NCBI RefSeq assembly: GCF_009914755.1
Contig: NC_060934.1
Source: the human T2T-CHM13v2.0 reference genome, Homo sapiens
DNA length: 64,000 nt
Reading direction: 5' to 3' (one strand)
Shown: piece by piece, positions 30,231-43,608 of the stretch
Numbering within the stretch: the stretch's first letter is position 1
How the letters are laid out: every line of letters begins with the position of its first letter
Translations under genes and position numbers: made by a program
The notes under the pieces: generated by a model
What the model saw: the letters and a program-made list of their open reading frames with translations, nothing else
Database searches by the model: none
What the model was told of the DNA's origin: nothing

Positions 30231-32167
30231 TTGCCTCTCAAATGTAAACTTGAAATGCCAGACGATCTTTCCATTTTCCTCAACCAAGGACTGACACTGA
30301 GGATGAGGAGAATTGGCAGAAGAGAGAGAAGAATATCTGGAGGGTTTGTTCCTTTTTCAAATCAGCATTTAATAGCCCTGTTAAATTGGCAGGCGTGTAT
30401 ATTACTGACCATGTTTCTATTTTCCTGTAACACCAAAGAGTAAAGGCCATTTTTTTCCCCTATGAATAAAAGTTGTCACGGTCAGGAAATAAACCATATA
30501 GTTTGTCTACAACCATTTCCCTTGTGAAGCTAATTGATTTTGGCTAGTTAAAACTTTATGTCTAAAATCAAGGTCCAAAGAAGAAAGTATGTATACCTTC
30601 TATAGCATTTATAAAGAGACCAGGCACTATGCAGGAATTGGAGCAAACATTTGAACATATTTGTATTCTTCATATATTTGTCTCTATAAATTATATAAAA
30701 TCCATTTTTGTAGATACAGAGTATAAGATTCCTAGGCATAAAAATGACTAAAATGCAATTGTATATAATATCAGCTACCTGCACTTGTTTTTCTCCTTCC
30801 TAATACCATCTCATTTTTTTGGGGGGTTGAAACTGAGAAACAAAGATATTAAATAATTTTCCTAAAATATACCCATACAACTAAATGGGAAAGCCATAAT
30901 ATAAACCATCCCTCTTAATCATCATGATATTAATAAGGAAGACAGGTGCTAAGCAACCATATGTTGACTGGGCTATCTATGTAGATAATCAAGTCCCTGA
31001 GAATGAGGACAGAGTAGAATTGGAGAGTGTGACAGTGAAGCAATAATAACACCTTTCATCAATGAGTAAATGACCAGGAAATCCACAGATGTGGAGCAAG
31101 AGAGTAGCACAGTTCTCTCAATAGAACCATGTTAGTGTTGCTTGTTTTTGTATCTGTCTTGTTTTGTTTTCCTAACAAGAGGAAGAAGGAGAAATTGAAG
31201 AATGATCTGGAAATGTAAGGAGGCTGTTGATTACAACTGGAGGTTCAATTTTTCACTCATTGTCATATTATAAGCCGTAACTTAGTTGTTATTCAGGAAA
31301 TAGGCTGAAAGACACTGGCAGATGAGAATTGCAGAGATGGGAATGCTCTGAAGTTAGCAGTGTGGCCAGGTGGCCAGGATAATCACTTTTAGCTGGCCAA
31401 AAGATGATCATTTCTGTGGGAACATCAGCAAGTGAGTGACCTGACCATTTTAAGTCTCTTCCTTAGCGTCCTCCACATCCAGCCTGGGTAATATGTTGCT
31501 CAATCTGCTTTACCACACCAGGCAAAACAAGTATTGAATTTCAACCAATGATCACAGATCTTGTATTGTCTCATCCTTGCTGGTACTGTTCGCTTTTCTC
31601 TGGCTCAATTGTTGCCTTTTAAAACTCTTTACTTGAACCAGCCACTGGGCTTTTCCTTGGGGACAATGTAGAAGAGGAAAACAATGATAGAAGGGGGTGC
31701 TTTTTATTTCAGGTACAGCTGGGCAGGTGGGATGGATCAGGGAAAAGCTCCAAGGATGTCAAGAGTAGAAATAGTGATGTCTACCTTTGAAACTACAAAA
31801 CTCCCTACACAACCAAGTGATTGGAGCTTTGAAAGCAATGCGGAGTAGAAAAGTAATAGAATATCAACTTAGTTAAGGCAAGATTTGCTGTGGGGAAGGG
31901 AAGGTCCTGAGCCTCTATTTGGCCCTGAGGCTTATCAACCTGATACTTCAATTGGGCTCAGAAAGACTCCTGCCCCCTCCCCATTCCCTCCCTCCCATTG
32001 TGAGGGACCAATCTCTCTTATTCTGTGTTTTCTTACCATCTCTTCCACCACTTACCTGCTCTACTCTGCTTTGCACATGGTCTCCTCAACTATGCCCTTC
32101 CCTACAGCCTTTTAAATGTGGAAAAGAAACAAAACAAATAACATGATCAAGAACTTACCGGTTTCCA

Positions 32168-32510
32168 GGCCAAGTGCAGTGGCTCACACCTGTAAACCCA
32201 AACACTTTGGGAGGCCAAGACAGGAGGATTGCTTGAGGCCAGGAATTTGAGACCAACTTTGGCAACCTAGCAAAACCCCCCTCTACAAAAAATTAAAAAA
32301 AATAACTGAGTATGGTGGTGCACAATTGTAGTTTCAGCTACTCAGGAGGCTGAGGCTGTAGGATTCCTTGAGTCTAGGAGGTCAAGGCTGCAGCTAGCCA
32401 CTGCATGCCAGCCTGGACAACAGAGTAAGACTCTGCCTCAAAAAAAAAAAAGAAAAAAAAAAGAAGGGAAGGGAAGAAGGAAGGAGGGAGGAAGGAAGAA
32501 AGAAAGAAAG
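32168..32510 (+). mobile_element. AluJ with a GA-rich tail
   Basis: GGAGGATTGCTTGAGGCCAGG and GGTCAAGGCTGCAG; imperfect TSD ending GGTTTCCA on both sides. Confidence 0.92.
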
Positions 32511-32868
32511 AAATTCACTGGTTTCCAATGTAACAAATCCTTTATCTCAAAGTAGATGTACACTTAGAGTTGGAGACTTTTTTAAAAACAATTACAATGT
32601 CTCGGCTCTTGTGAACTGAGTTTGCTGTATGGTTATGTCACTGTGGATAATGATTTTCTCATTTTTTTACACAATGTTTATCAACTTTGGCTGTGCTTCC
32701 TCTCCTGAGCATGCTCCTTGTTTTGTAAAACAACTGGGGAACATTGAGATTTTTCATATAATTTCTGTGATGCCAGGCTCCTAAGGGATAAAGAAATACA
32801 AAGAACAGTGACTGGACAGATTGAGTGGAGCTTTGAAAGCAATACAGAGTAGAAAGCTAATAGAATAT

Positions 32869-33367
32869 CTACTATAATGACACATGCACAAGTGTTTTTA
32901 TTGCAACACTATTTGCAATAGCAAAGACTAGGAACCAACCAAAATGCCTATCAATGATAGACTGGATAAAGAAAATGTGGCCCATATACACCATGGAATA
33001 CTATGCAGCCATAAAAAAGAATAAGTTCGTGTCCTTTGCAGGGACATGGATGAAGCTAGAATCCATCATTCTCAGTAAGCTATCACAGAAACAGAAAACC
33101 AAACACCACATTATCACTCATAAGTGGGAGTTGAACAATGAAAGCACATGGACACAGGGAGGGGAACATCACACACCGGGGCCTGTCAGGGGGTGGGTGG
33201 CTAGGGGAGGGATAGCATTAGTACAAATACCTAATGCATGTGAGGTTTAAAACCTGGATGTCGGGTTGGTGGGTGCAGCAAACCACCATGGCACATGTAT
33301 ACCTATGTAACAAACCTGCACATTTTGCACATGTATCCCAGAACTTAAAATAATAAAAAAAAGAAAG
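32869..33367 (+). mobile_element. L1PA (about L1PA7/8) 3' fragment with poly(A)
   Basis: ORF2 C-terminus (WIKKMWPIYTMEYYAAIKK) and 3'UTR ...TGTAACAAACCTGCAC...CCCAGAACTTAAAA; TSD about AGAATAT. Confidence 0.93.
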
Positions 33368-36008
33368 AGAATATTAACCTGGTTAAGGCAAGATTTGTGT
33401 TTTTTAAAACATATATTCCCCATTAAAGACTACACATGTACTTCTTAATGTTATTAACTTTGTCATGTATTAAGATGAACAGAAAGGCATTTCTATTATA
33501 TGAATTTTTTCTTATTCTTGTGTCTTTCAAAAAGAAAAAAGAAAATAAAACAAACAAATACACACTCAACTCTCCCCCAAAAAACCAAAACAAAAACAAG
33601 CAATGCAATAATATTTCTCAAAAGATATGCTTGACACACTATCAGAAGTTCTGCCAACTTCAATCTATGCACTAGAAGTGCATTGAAAACTTTTATTCTT
33701 TGCTTCTTGTCTTTAATATTGTTGTAAATTCAATCCACTTCACTGGCATTACCTGCTAGCAACATTCCATCTTCACATTTGGATGAGTGTGAACTTATCA
33801 AGGTGACATATGTGTGATTTTTAATGGAAATTTTACTTTGTTTTTCTTAAAACTGGGTGTCAATTAGCAGTGACTCACCTCCTTAACAAAGGAACAGGGT
33901 TTGCTGCCTGCCCAGCCACACAGCCCCTGGGGGGCTTCCTAGCCTGGGCTAGGCTGCTGCAACATCATCACACTTTATTAGTTACAGCACAGAGTTATGG
34001 AGGCAGGAGGAAAGTACTCACTATGCAATTTTCCTGATACCCCATGAGGCCTGAGCACCTCAAGGTGGGTTAGCACTCATGGAAAATCAGTTTAAGATGG
34101 GAAAATTTCAAACATCTTTCCTTATTTTCTTTCCCACACACAAATAGAATAATGCATTTTAAGTAACAAAGAACACTTAAAAAGCAAAACAAAAACAAAA
34201 AGACACTTATCCTTAAAAGCCACCATCTCCTTAGGATATTCCTCTTTTATTAAATAAGGATACAAAGAGTAAAGTGTACTTAAAATCTCTCACAAAGATT
34301 GGAAATAAAATCTTCAAAAAGTGAATGCATACAATAGCACATACGTAGGACGTAATTCATTATTATTGGGAAATGAAAATGAAAGCACCATGGTACGATA
34401 ATTCTGAATAAGAACAAGCTAATTACATTAGGGCAGCTTTCAGAAAACAAGAATTTATTTTTTTTATGACAAATATGACTCAGTACAAAGTACACAAAGT
34501 ATTTTCTGACTCTTACTGTGATATGCCTACTTTATTTCAAGTAAAATATATGAATTTTTAAAAGGTTATGAAAATGTGTTTATGCTTTAAAAAAATCATT
34601 TCAGTAACATGTTGGGTATCTGGAATATCCATATATTGGAGGTCTGTGTTCTCAGTCTACAAGGAAAATTGCCAAATCCACTCTAGAGTGCCAGGCTTAA
34701 AAAGGTGTTGAAGAGAGCCTGCCCGATTACCTGAATTCCAATTTGGCTCACAATGAAAGATAGAAAAATTACCTAGATGCATTTCAATGTTGCTTCTCCC
34801 CTTGCAATAGACCTTATTTAATAGCTTATTACACTCAGAAAACAAAGCATATTCTAAGGAAAGAACTCACGACGCATGGTTCCTGTCTCTTGACAGAACG
34901 GCCTCTTTGAATTCTTTTGTCAATTTCATAGATTTCTAACAAGCAGAGAATTGTTTTTTAAATCTGATTTTTTTTAATGCCAGCAGCACTATTTCCTCCT
35001 CTTAAGTAGGACAGATTCATCCTTTAAGCAACAATGGATGCTTCCCTGCTGAACTCGAGCATGACAGATTAAGCTTCGAGCAGACCAGTAAATGCCACCT
35101 CCCCACTTAACAAGGCTGTTCAGAGCCAGGCGTTTGGGGCCTCGCCGTATTTGTTCCTGGAATCACTGTCTGATGAGCCACTGCTGTCCGAGGTGGCCAA
35201 GCAGCCCTGATTGAGCGAGCTATGTGAAGACCCGACAGGGGCCTGGCAGGGCGGCGGGGGCATGCCTCCTTTTTGGTGCTTCCAGGCAAATTCCTTGCCT
35301 CCAAATTGTGCCCGCCTCAGGACAGTTGGCTTGTACAATGTCTGGCAGAAAGTAGACACTTTGCACTTGTTTACTGAATATAAAAGAGAAAAATAGAGAG
35401 AGAAAAAATCTGAGTTTAGAGATGCCTTTCAGACCTTGCCGGATAAAATGCTGTTATTTCTGGCAAAGTGGTGAGGTGACACTGACTTGGAAGAATAACT
35501 AAGAGGTTAAAAAAAAAAAAAGTAGGACTAACAGTGAACAAGCTAATAAAACACATGGAAACCAAATTAGTGGTAGCCAAAATCAATAATAGATCCATTA
35601 TATTTCAAAATATCTTTTATAAGAAAATGGCACTTGGAATATGTTTCTAAATGCCTTTTAGAGACCAGTGTGTTTGCATAAAGAAAAATACACCTGCATC
35701 CAGAATTATAATTTTAAGAACCATTATTTAGATTGCTGTGAGGTATCTTAAAATGCGATTCAATTTGCTCCTTAGATATTGCATATCAAACTATAAAAGC
35801 AAAGCTACATTGTTGGCTTTCTCCCTTTTTGGCAAAGAAATAGAATTGAGAATCTGCCTGTTGAGGTCAGAAACAGACTGAATCAAAAAATATGAAAGCA
35901 TGAATGTACTGTTCTCACATTTATGTAATTGATGGCTATTTTACTTGTTGAAATCTTAAGTCTTTCACAACCACATGCGTATGTTTGTCATTTATCCCCT
36001 TTTCTCAG

Positions 36009-36082
36009 GTGCAAAGAAGGCTACCAAGGAGTCCGTTGTGATCAATTTCTGCCGAAAACTGATTCCATCTTATCGGATCCAA
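36009..36082 (+). CDS. NRG3: Internal coding exon (74 nt) of neuregulin-3: last two cysteines of the EGF-like domain plus the start of the juxtamembrane linker
   Basis: Polypyrimidine tract and acceptor ...tttatccccttttctcAG end at 36008; donor GTAGGT starts at 36083. Translation g-TGC AAA GAA GGC TAC CAA GGA GTC CGT TGT...GAT CCA A = (R)CKEGYQGVRCDQFLPKTDSILSDP(T). This fits the EGF motif CxxGYxGxRC and matches the NRG3 sequence as I recall it. Phase 2 in, phase 1 out. Confidence 0.96.
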
Positions 36083-37419
36083 GTAGGTCAAGCATTTTTC
36101 TTCTCTCTAATGCAATATATAGGCAGCGTTTATTCTGAGCAATGGTTGTTAACTCAGCTGAAAGCTATATTTCAGTCTTGTGTCTCTGAAAGCTGCCAAG
36201 GACAGAAGCTGATGGCAGATGTTGATGTTCAAAGCATCCTCAGAGCTGGCTCAGTCTAGGTCTTCTCTGACGATGAGGCCTGGCTTCCGGATTCCACCTT
36301 GAACCCCTGCTGGGAACTCCCAACAACCCGGGCCTCCTTAGCTTTCCTTCTGCCCAGCCACCTACCACCTCATTTCAAAAGCAGGGATCTAGAAAAATAA
36401 CAGAGCTTATTATTTACCTGAAATAATGTTATGGAAACTACAGTATTATACCGCTTCTTACGCTTTGGTTGTTAATTTATGATAGTATTAAACCATACCT
36501 TACTAAAGTAAGAAAACGTGTACAAAATCATGTAAGAAGTTTTCAAGCAGACTTTGAAAACTCCATTTTTGGCAACACTATTTGCATATCAGTGATTACT
36601 GTCCTAAGGACAAATTATTTTTTCTCCATTCATGGAAGAAGACAATTTGCAGACTAAAAAATATGGCTAGTCATTAGTTTGTTTGTATGGTAGTAAAAGT
36701 AACCTTTTATGCTTAAATGCCCAATTCTAGTCAAATGTGAAATGTTTATCTTTAAAGAATTCTCTGTTCTTTCAATAGCTGCTAGAATTGAATCATGACT
36801 AAAAAATGGGGATTTTCATTGAATCAGCGATTTAGTTTAGTGAGGATAATGATAGGCATTTTGCAATTGGAAAGGCCAAGTTATGGTTTTCTGAATATCA
36901 TACATACGTAACACAGACTTCAGTAAATATTTTGTACTGACTAAGGACAGAGGTCGCCCTGCCTGTGTCTGTGCGTTTTGCTGCATAATGAACGTGTCTA
37001 GGCATCTTCTAACATCTTTTCAAAATGCATATTTTCATTTCCCCCTGAATTTCTAGCTACATTTACTCAAGTAAATGCAAAGTTATTTGAAAGAAAAAGG
37101 TTTTGTTTAATTTAATTTAATTCTATTTTATCTTGACGAAGCAATTCACCATACAGTAACTACTCTTTCTTTGCAAATTTAGCTTTCCTTGAGAAAAGTG
37201 AAGGTTGCCACAGGGATATCTCTATTTCCTGAAATGTGAGACACAGTTCTCTGGGAATTACCCAAAGAGGATGGTATTACTGGAGTTTTTGGTATCTTAT
37301 TTATCAAGTGATTTGGACCACTTGCTCAGGTGGCCTCTGAAAGGGTATTCATGGTTATGATGTGAGACATATCTTTGGCATGTTAGGAAACTTGCATAAA
37401 ATAATGGGCTTGCTGATTT

Positions 37420-37705
37420 CTTTCTTTTTCTTTCTCTTTTTTCCTCACTTTTCCTAATGTATCTAGTTTTTCTCTTTTTCTTTCTCTCTTTTTTCTGTTT
37501 TTATCCCTTCTCTTTTCCTATTTATTTCCCTTCATTATTTTGTCTCCTTTAATATAATACTTCTTCCCTTCCTCCCTCTTTCCCTTCCTCCCTCTTTCCC
37601 TTTCCCCCTTTCCTCCCTTCCTCCCTTCCTCTCTTCCTTTCTTCTTTCTTTCCTTTCTTCCTTCCTTCCTCCCTCCCTCCCTTCTTTCCTTTTTTGCTTT
37701 CTTTT
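37420..37705. repeat. Polypyrimidine (CT-rich) low-complexity tract
   Basis: Near-continuous C/T with (CCCTTCCT)/(CTTC) units. Confidence 0.9.
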
Positions 37706-37978
37706 CATATGTGGCTGTGGAATAGCTATTCAGTACAGGTTACAAAGGGCAAGGTCTTGCATATGGTACAAAGTGGGTAAAAAAAACCTCTTTAAACAAT
37801 CTAATCAAATGTTACCAGCCATTTAGATACCATAGTTCATCACTGCAAGAGTGGAGGAGGGGGTCACCATAATGACTATTCTCTCCTCGTAGAACAAAAT
37901 GGTCCCACGGTTACAGTCACTATCCCTGAAAACCTATTTCAATGTCTATTAAATTGCTATTAAAATTATAGCTGTGTG

Positions 37979-38267
37979 AGCCAGGCACGGTGGTTCATGC
38001 CTATAAACCCAGCACTTTGGGAGGCAGAGATGCTTGAGGTCAGGAGTTTGAGACCAGCCTGGCCAACATGGTGAAACCCTGTCTCTACTAAAAATACAAA
38101 AATTAGCCTGGTATGGTGGCAGGTGCCTGTAGTCTCAGCTACCTCTGGAGGCTGAGAGAGGAGAATCACTTGAATCCAGGAGGCAAAGTTGAAGTGAGCC
38201 AAGATCACGCCACTGTACTCCAGCCTGGGTGACAGAGCAAGACTCTGTCTCAAAAAAAAAAAAAAAA
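37979..38267 (+). mobile_element. Alu (AluS)
   Basis: Dimer with a short left-arm deletion and poly(A). Confidence 0.94.
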
Positions 38268-38929
38268 TTATACCTCTCTGAAATGTTTCTATTAAGTGAA
38301 ACTGCAAGATAAAAAATTACTTTTATATAAAATTGCAAAAGGAACATACTTTGCCCCAAATGTAGAAAAGAAATACACTAAAATGTTGTAAGGACGTGGA
38401 ATTTTATGAAATTGTTTTTCTATTTCTCCAGTTTTCTGTAAAGTGGTATATCATTATGTGAGTCAAAATGCCAGAATCCTTGAAATTTAAAAAGAAAGAA
38501 TAAGCATGGAGAGCCCATGGATGAGTCCTTGAGACACAGCTTAAATGGAAAAGCATTATGTCTTGCATTCATCCATGCACACGTGCATTTCTTTAGGTAA
38601 TCATTAATTCATTTCATCAGTATTTTCTCAGCATCCACCAAGAGCCACCTAATTGGTCAGGCTCTGTTAATACAAAAGTGTGCAAACAGGATTTAGGCCC
38701 TGAGGATCCCGCAGATTAGTGAGGGGGAAAAACATGTGGATATATAAACATGGGGATGAATTTGGTGTAACATTTACCCTTTTCTGACGTTAGCAGATTT
38801 GATTCGGCTCCCAGGCCTCAGGCTTTCACTTGAGCAATGGCAACAGTAATACCTATAAGCATTATTGTTATCATATAGATGGACAGAGTCAATGCCAGAT
38901 AATGTCAGCCCACTTCCCTTATTCCTCAC

Positions 38930-39180
38930 TATAATTGTTACTAATACGCGTTTAAATGATACATGTGCCAGGCACTGTGCCAAAGGCTTTACATGGATTA
39001 TTTTATTAAACCCTCACAATCACAGTTTAGTAAGGAGACTGCTGACAATTGCCCACATTTTATAGATGAGAAAATTAGACCTCAGGGAAGCTAAGTAAAC
39101 TTGCTCAAGGTCATACAGCTAGTTAATGCTAGAGTTTAACTTCCATTCCAAATGACTCCAGGACCTGAGCTCCCAACTGC
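38930..39180. mobile_element. MIR
   Basis: TGTGCCAGGCACTGTGC...CATTTTATAGATGAGAAAA...CTTGCTCAAGGTCATACAGCTAG. Confidence 0.85.
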
Positions 39181-41663
39181 AGGGCGCTTTCCTCCCTCCC
39201 CTAGAACCCTCCCTTCTCTAGTTATTTTCAACAGGACATTTATCACTCTAAATTCCACTGACTGAAACTCAATGACCTGCGGCAAACATTATTCTAAGGA
39301 ACAATATTTGCACAATTTTCATATCTTAATGCAGCAACTTGAGCTTCCATAGAGATTTAAATCCCTAATGAAATTTCCTTGTCAAAATTCTTGCTGAAGG
39401 ATTGTTTAATTTGCTGCTCATGATATCTTCAGAATGACTGTATGCTCGGGAAATAAGCTTCCACTCAACTCCCTCCCTCCATTTTTTCTCTTCTGTCTCC
39501 TCTCTTCTCTCCATTCCATCTTCCTTCCTTCCTCCCTCTCTCTTGTCTGTCCAGTGCATACTTTTGCTGAGTGAAATCCCTATTAGCAGGGGGTGAGAAA
39601 CCGCTGCTCTTTTATTCTCTCCCAGGCAATGCAAAGTTAGTCAGAAATGTGTATCTTTTACATTAAATTTTAAAAATAAAATCTTAAATGACCTATATTT
39701 AGGAAAATGGTGCAAGGATGTCACTGTGAGAGCCTTACTGGCTTGAGTGTCTTAGCAGTGGTTCAGAGCTGGGTCCTCAGACTGTTTCAAAAACTCATCC
39801 CCTCTGCTCTCTTTTAAATCCCAAGAACCTATAGCTAACTCCATTCAGGAACATATTTACCTATGAGGATCAATCTTATAAAGTGTGTCAGTGACAGTTT
39901 TTGTAAATATATCTAATGCACCAATCTGTCAGATTAATCAAACCCTCCTATGGATTCAATGTACCACAAGTCGCATTCAGATCATGAGGCTGAATAGCAA
40001 GCAGGAGTTCAGAAAGAATGTAGTGAGTGACTCAGACTTTGGTCAGAGTCAAGAGGAAGTGACCTTCTGTGGAGGAGCCGGCATCAGCTACTGTGGCATT
40101 CTTGAAGGGCATATTTCTGCCTCCTGCCTCCTATGCTGCCAGCGCACTGAGGGATAGCAGCAGTAAGCTTCCCGGAAGCTGACTTGTAGACTCCTGCCCT
40201 GGTTTTCCTTCCTTACTACCCATTCCCACCCAGGGTAGTTACCATCCTCAGCCTTGAAGCACAGTTAGATGGAGCTGAACTATGTGTCAGTCAGAACTGT
40301 GAGCCAGCCAAGGTTTTTCTCCATCTCCCCTTTCATGAGCACATGCCAGGCTGAGTTCCCATCAAGATCCTGACATAATCACCAGCCAATGGAAGCGTGG
40401 GGGATGCTGCAGAGAACAGACTCAGAACAGAATCAAAGAATGCAGTGGGGTAGAGAAGATGCCCGTTGGAAGCAAGGGCACGCCTCCTCACACACAGCTG
40501 GATTCAGCCGTTTCTACCCCACCCTGTGCCTTTCTCTCCCTGTCAGAATCCAGTACTTAGCATATTCCTGGCTGTGATGGCAGGCTTGAGTCTGCAGGCT
40601 CAAGCTCTGGCAAGCAGTGTATACAGCTTAAACACTTGGAGTCGTCTAGCCCCTCCGTGGAAGGTAGGAGCATCACTTCCATCATGTATTCATACGTGCT
40701 GACTTCGATTCGCACTCTGTTTCTTTGCATCTTAGAAACAGGCTCTGTTCTCAAAGCACCTGGAAAGATGCTAGGAGCCTGGTCTGGATGTGATTCAGAG
40801 GAAGACTGGTGAAAAATATGATATGGATTTAGACTTCCCATCAGCCCACTGGGTTTGTGTGCCTCAGCTTTCCAGGAAGAACCACTTCACAAGTCCCTAA
40901 AGAAAAGAAAAAAACAATCTTCGGTAGAGTGTGTTCTAGCACCAGAGAGGGCATCAGGTAGGAAAATAAATTTATAAACACAGCCCCACTTCCAAATGGC
41001 CTGCAGAGACAACCAAATCATGCCCAAGCTTGGTCTCCTTCCTCATGTTCCCAGGGATTGTCATTCCCAGTGCCTAGACCATCAGGCTCAGAGCCAAGTG
41101 GTGCCCCTTTGCCATATGTGTCACAGTGAAGGAAAAAAAAATTGAGAACAGCCTGGGAATGCCAATGTAGGGCCAGGAGCCTGGGTAGGCATTTGCTAAG
41201 CAGACACAAGGAGATTTTCCTGAAGATTATTAACAGAAAGTTTTCCCCCAAAAGACCCATGTTCTGTATTCTTGCCTTTCTCAATTGTATTTAATATATA
41301 GGAACATGTGTTCTGTGTGTCAACAATTAGGTGAAAGGGTGAAACAAAAGGTGCTCTGAATTGGAAGTCAAAGGGTTTTGTTCTAATTCTGTGACCACCT
41401 GATCTTTGTGGTGTGGCCTTTGGCAAAGCACAGTTTATTTGGACCTTGGTTTCTTTATCTGTAGAACAATTCCATGGGCATCCAGCTTAAAGAAAGTGAT
41501 GGCCCTCAGCAGAGCAGGCTGTCTTGCAAGCCATTCAGAAGGGGAGTTCAGTGCACCACCAAACTAGTGGATTTCTTCACTCATTCATTCATTTCCCCAG
41601 ATAATTAAGCATATGTAACATATACCATGCTTTGGATCCAAATAATAATAATCACAGATCCTA

Positions 41664-42017
41664 TTGTCTTAATCCATTTGGGATGCTATGAAAAAATACC
41701 ATTAACTGGGTGGCTTATAAACAACAGAAATTTATTTCTCACTATTGTGAATGCTAGGAAGTCAAGATCAAGGTGCTGGCAGGTTCAGTGTCTGCTGTGG
41801 GCAATTTTCTGATAGAGGGTGCATTCTCTGTTTCCTTACATTGGAAGGCATGACACAACTCTCTGCGCCTCTTTTGGAAGGGCTTGAATCCTATTCATGA
41901 GGATTTCTTCTTCCCGATCTATCACCTCCCAAAGGCACTGCCTCTTACTAGCACCACATTAAGGATTAGGTTTCCACATAAGAATTTCGGTGGGACACAA
42001 ACTTTCAGACCATAGCA
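41664..42017 (-). mobile_element. MaLR solo LTR (MSTD/MLT1A-like)
   Basis: TGTCTTAATCCATTTGGG...CTTATAAACAACAGAAATTTATTTCTCAC...CAGACCATAGCA. Confidence 0.85.
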
Positions 42018-43304
42018 TCTACCATCAGTAAACTCAGTGTAGTTAACTGTGTTTATTGACATTGAATTACAGACTACAAAGGACGTAATGTCTGCAAGAT
42101 ATTGAAATGTTTTCTTCCTTCACTCATTCAAAATATTATTAATAGTTTGACATTGGACAAGTTGCATAACATTAATAAACCCTGGCTTTCTTCTTTATAA
42201 ATTAAGATATTCTAATCTGTAACATATATAGCTGTTGCTAGGATGAAATAAAATACTCCATTCAGAGCATGTCATGCTTGGGACATTGTGAGAGCTCAAT
42301 AAATATTATCTATTATCATCATTATTATTTTTGTTGTTTCAACTGTCACCTTGATTAGTACACCGTGTACAAGGCACTGAGACAGGTGCTACTAAGGATT
42401 AAAAAGCATGCAGCCTATTACCTGGCCTCGAATATCTCCAGTTGTACTGAGGAAGTAAAAATGCATGAAGAAGTACAAATGAGGACACACGAAAGACATG
42501 ATTGCTAAGGAAATATAAAAATGGAGGGGCAATAAAAGTTCACATAAAGTGGAAGGAGAGATCTGGTGTTAGGAAAGGATTTCTCTAGGAGAGAAGATTG
42601 CAGTGAGCTATTCACACAGGATGTGTATCTGTGAACTGTTGTACAAGCTGCACACTGCCCGACTTCACTGGTATCATTTATGCTAGAGTGTGAAGGGCCT
42701 TCTGTGGAGGGTTGCAACTTGGTCCTGGGAAGGACATTTCCATGAATAAATTAGATAGAGGAAAAACAGATTCTTGAGGACACAAAGCAGAAACTAATTA
42801 TCACTTTCCCCTGGTCTATTAATCCATACAGATGAAAGAATGTATCTTCCAGACTGGCATCTGCTGGGAATACTTAAGTCTGCTAAGCTACTCTGCCTTC
42901 CAGGAGCCATAAAAACATTGTTAGCAGAATGGATTTATATGTAAAATCTGTCACTCTTATTACCGTTTTTCTGGCTTGCCATGAGAAGGAGAAACAGAGA
43001 ATTATCTGATTTTGACCATGTCACCATGAATCTCACAAAACCCATTAATTCTGTCAGGTTGTATATTTTTATATATTTGATTGCTAATATCTTCAAGTCT
43101 TTCCTTTTAAATTATATAGACACCAATCTTTTACCAATCATGTATGCAAACACATGATTTCTAGATACTAGGAAAATAATTTTATTTACAAGAAAGGAAA
43201 AATTTCCTATGGGTACCTGATTCAGAGACAACCACTGACAATCAATTCGTGCATACTACTCCACATATTTTCTACTTTTTCTGTGGCATACATATGTATT
43301 CATT

Positions 43305-43608
43305 TTTATTTGTTTGTTTGGTTTTTAGAGGCAGGGTCTTGCTCTGTCACCCAGGCTGGAGTGCAATGGCATGATCTTGGCTCACTGCAGCCTCAACTTT
43401 CTGGGCTCAAGTGAGCTTGCCTCAGCCTCCCAAGTAGCTGGGACTACAAATGCCTGCCACCACACTCAACTACTTTTTAAAAAAATGTTTATAAGGACAG
43501 GGTCTTGCTATGTTGCCCAGGCTGGTCTTGAACTCCTGGCCTCAGGAGATCCTCCCATCTCAGTCTCCCAAAGTGCTGGGATTACAGGCTTGAGCCACTG
43601 TGCCAGAC
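43305..43608 (-). mobile_element. AluJ
   Basis: Antisense dimer, GCAGGGTCTTGCTCTGTCACCCAGGC...GCCACTGTGCC. Confidence 0.93.

Noticed and set aside
32954-33250. 98-aa ORF
   Set aside because: It is the L1 ORF2 C-terminus of a 5'-truncated copy.
35929-36138. 69-aa ORF as a standalone gene
   Set aside because: Only 36009-36082 is bounded by splice sites and matches NRG3; the flanks are intronic.
39582-39596. CTCF-like motif TTAGCAGGGGGTGA
   Set aside because: Partial match only, of a kind expected by chance in 64 kb.
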